This document shows, one piece after another, positions 24,344-25,878 of a stretch of DNA of 25,878 bases. The position numbers and the translations under genes are program-made. The notes beneath the pieces were generated by a model, which saw only the letters and a list, made by a program, of their open reading frames with translations, was not told the origin of the DNA and made no database searches. The stretch spans positions 1 through 25,878 of the forward strand of contig JAZDNV010000011.1 of NCBI GenBank assembly GCA_043799385.1. The letters are read 5' to 3'. Position 1 is the first letter of the stretch; every line of letters begins with the position of its first letter. The stretch comes from Candidatus Aenigmatarchaeota archaeon. Its GTDB lineage: Archaea; Aenigmatarchaeota; Aenigmatarchaeia; GW2011-AR5.

Positions 24344-25878
24344 ATGAATAAGTTCATATTTTTAAGCTTGGCATTGCTTCTGCTTATTCAGATAGCAAAG
24401 GCAGACGTTATTTCATGTACGGTCAACCCGCAGGAGGTTAATTTGTCTGCTTCTATTCAGGTTACAGTCCAATTGAACAATACCCAAAATGTAACAGCTA
24501 ACGATACTGTTGAAATTAGTTTTCCAACAGCTTATTTATCTTGTACTGAATGCGTAAAACAAGTTACAATAGAACCATACTCTACCAAGAGTATCAGTTT
24601 TACTTTACAAGCTTTAAGCGCAACAACCCAGGAACAATCTATTAATGTTATTAAGCCAACTTCTTACGCTTGCCCGCCAGTTTCAAAAATAACTGCTGCT
24701 GATACAACGCCGCCGACGGTTGGTTCTGTGAGTCCGACTTCTGTGGTATCGGATAAATCCACAACTTTTACAGCGTCGGTATCTGATAATGTTGGGGTTA
24801 TAGCATGCAATTTTTCATCTAACAGCACATCATACTTAGCTACTGTGAGCAATAACATTGCTAGTGTCACCATGAGTTTGTCTGAAGGGACTCGTTCTGC
24901 GTATTTCAAATGCTGGGATGCCGCTGGTAATATCGGTACAGGAGCAGCTACTACGATAACGAGTTCAAAACCACAACTGTCAGCTAGCATAACTTTGCCT
25001 AAAAAGACCTATTACCCAGTTGAAAGTTTTGAGCCGAGGGTTATCGTTAGAGATGATGAAAAAAGTGTTGTTGATGCAACTGTAAGCGGTAACTTAATTT
25101 ATGGAAATAAATCTACGTATATCAGCTTCTTTTACTCTACTCTATGCGACTGTTATAAAGGCTCGTACTGGCTTGGTGAAGGAGCTCTACCGGGTGACTA
25201 TACTCTAACGATTACCGCCGTCCGTTCTGGCTATCAATCAGCTATAGCTACGACTACTTTTTCTTTAATCAAGCCTAGTCTGCAGATGACGATGTCGACT
25301 GACAAAAGTGAATACAACCCAGGAGATTTTATCAAAGTGACTGTGGATGTAAAGGATATTTTAGGTAACGCTATAACTGACGCTTCGGTGAGGGGTGAAA
25401 TCAGGGATGCCAGTACAGGCAGTTTGATCGTGACAGCTCATCCACGGTCAAAAGACAGCAATTATTACTACGAGTATTATGTTGGCTCAGACAGTTTAGG
25501 AAAAAGCTATACCATCTCCATGAGCGTAAGCTGGAAAGAGCAATCTGCTTCTGCTTCTAAAACAATCTCCATTACCAAAAGAGGATTAAATGCTGAAATG
25601 GTTTTGGAAAAAGATGTTCTAAAGCCTGGGGATACTTTGCAAGGAAAGATAAAGGTCTTTGATAAAAATAGTAACATAATTGCAGATGCGAAGGTTAATG
25701 TAGAGGTTAAAGGTCACGCCTATGATAAACCAGCTGAAATTGCCATGCCTACATCGTTCAGATGGTTGTCGTCTGAATATAAAGACGGTTTTTATGAGAT
25801 TGAAAAATGGGTAATAGAAAACAATATTCTGCCGGGAAATTACACCTTGAGCGCGAGGATAGAAAAGGACGGAGACGC
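24344..25878 (+). CDS. Large secreted/surface protein with Ig-like and tandem macroglobulin(MG)-like domains, 3'-truncated by the window (>=511 aa)
   Basis: Translated by hand. It is absent from the ORF track because there is no stop in the window. AGGTG at 24336-24340 precedes ATG 24344 and signal peptide MNKFIFLSLALLLLIQIAKA. An Ig-like domain DTTPPTV...SDNVGV...WDAAGN is followed by repeats LPKKTYYPVE / TDKSEYNPGD / LEKDVLKPGD. Many N-x-S/T sequons. Confidence 0.88.
   Translation, partial: MNKFIFLSLALLLLIQIAKADVISCTVNPQEVNLSASIQVTVQLNNTQNVTANDTVEISFPTAYLSCTECVKQVTIEPYSTKSISFTLQALSATTQEQSINVIKPTSYACPPVSKITAADTTPPTVGSVSPTSVVSDKSTTFTASVSDNVGVIACNFSSNSTSYLATVSNNIASVTMSLSEGTRSAYFKCWDAAGNIGTGAATTITSSKPQLSASITLPKKTYYPVESFEPRVIVRDDEKSVVDATVSGNLIYGNKSTYISFFYSTLCDCYKGSYWLGEGALPGDYTLTITAVRSGYQSAIATTTFSLIKPSLQMTMSTDKSEYNPGDFIKVTVDVKDILGNAITDASVRGEIRDASTGSLIVTAHPRSKDSNYYYEYYVGSDSLGKSYTISMSVSWKEQSASASKTISITKRGLNAEMVLEKDVLKPGDTLQGKIKVFDKNSNIIADAKVNVEVKGHAYDKPAEIAMPTSFRWLSSEYKDGFYEIEKWVIENNILPGNYTLSARIEKDGD

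Noticed and set aside
24664..24990. 108-aa minus-strand ORF from the track
   Set aside because: It is antisense to the real plus-strand surface-protein gene starting at 24344.

Overview
This is a gene-dense archaeal chromosomal segment. Archaeal markers are thrS with the archaeal editing domain, hel308, egsA, GGGP synthase, aTrm56, taw1/taw2, an archaeosortase, tRNA-Gln with A1-U72, and TATA boxes about 25 nt before mostly leaderless starts. Tight packing and relaxed tRNA introns suggest a DPANN-like lineage, which is inference only. Housekeeping genes cover tRNA modification, ether-lipid and polyprenyl synthesis, Mg transport and DNA repair. They are interleaved with single-gene or two-gene islets. 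The most notable item is an apparently intact stand-alone GGDEF dinucleotide cyclase under an archaeal promoter, with Asn instead of Asp at the guanine-specificity position. It is followed by a structured intergenic region and a ThrA/Hom6-like homoserine dehydrogenase. Other points of interest are an HPRT-like protein whose PRPP-loop DD is replaced by RR, a PEPCK/HPrK-fold kinase with a 4-Cys insert, two intron-containing tRNAs (tRNA-Pro overlapping the hel308 stop codon, and tRNA-Gln with a D-loop intron), a 625-aa coiled-coil protein with 38-aa repeats, and a large secreted Ig/MG-repeat protein that runs off the end and is absent from the ORF track. I saw no CRISPR array, transposase or integrase. 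All family assignments are from motif recognition by eye, not database searches.
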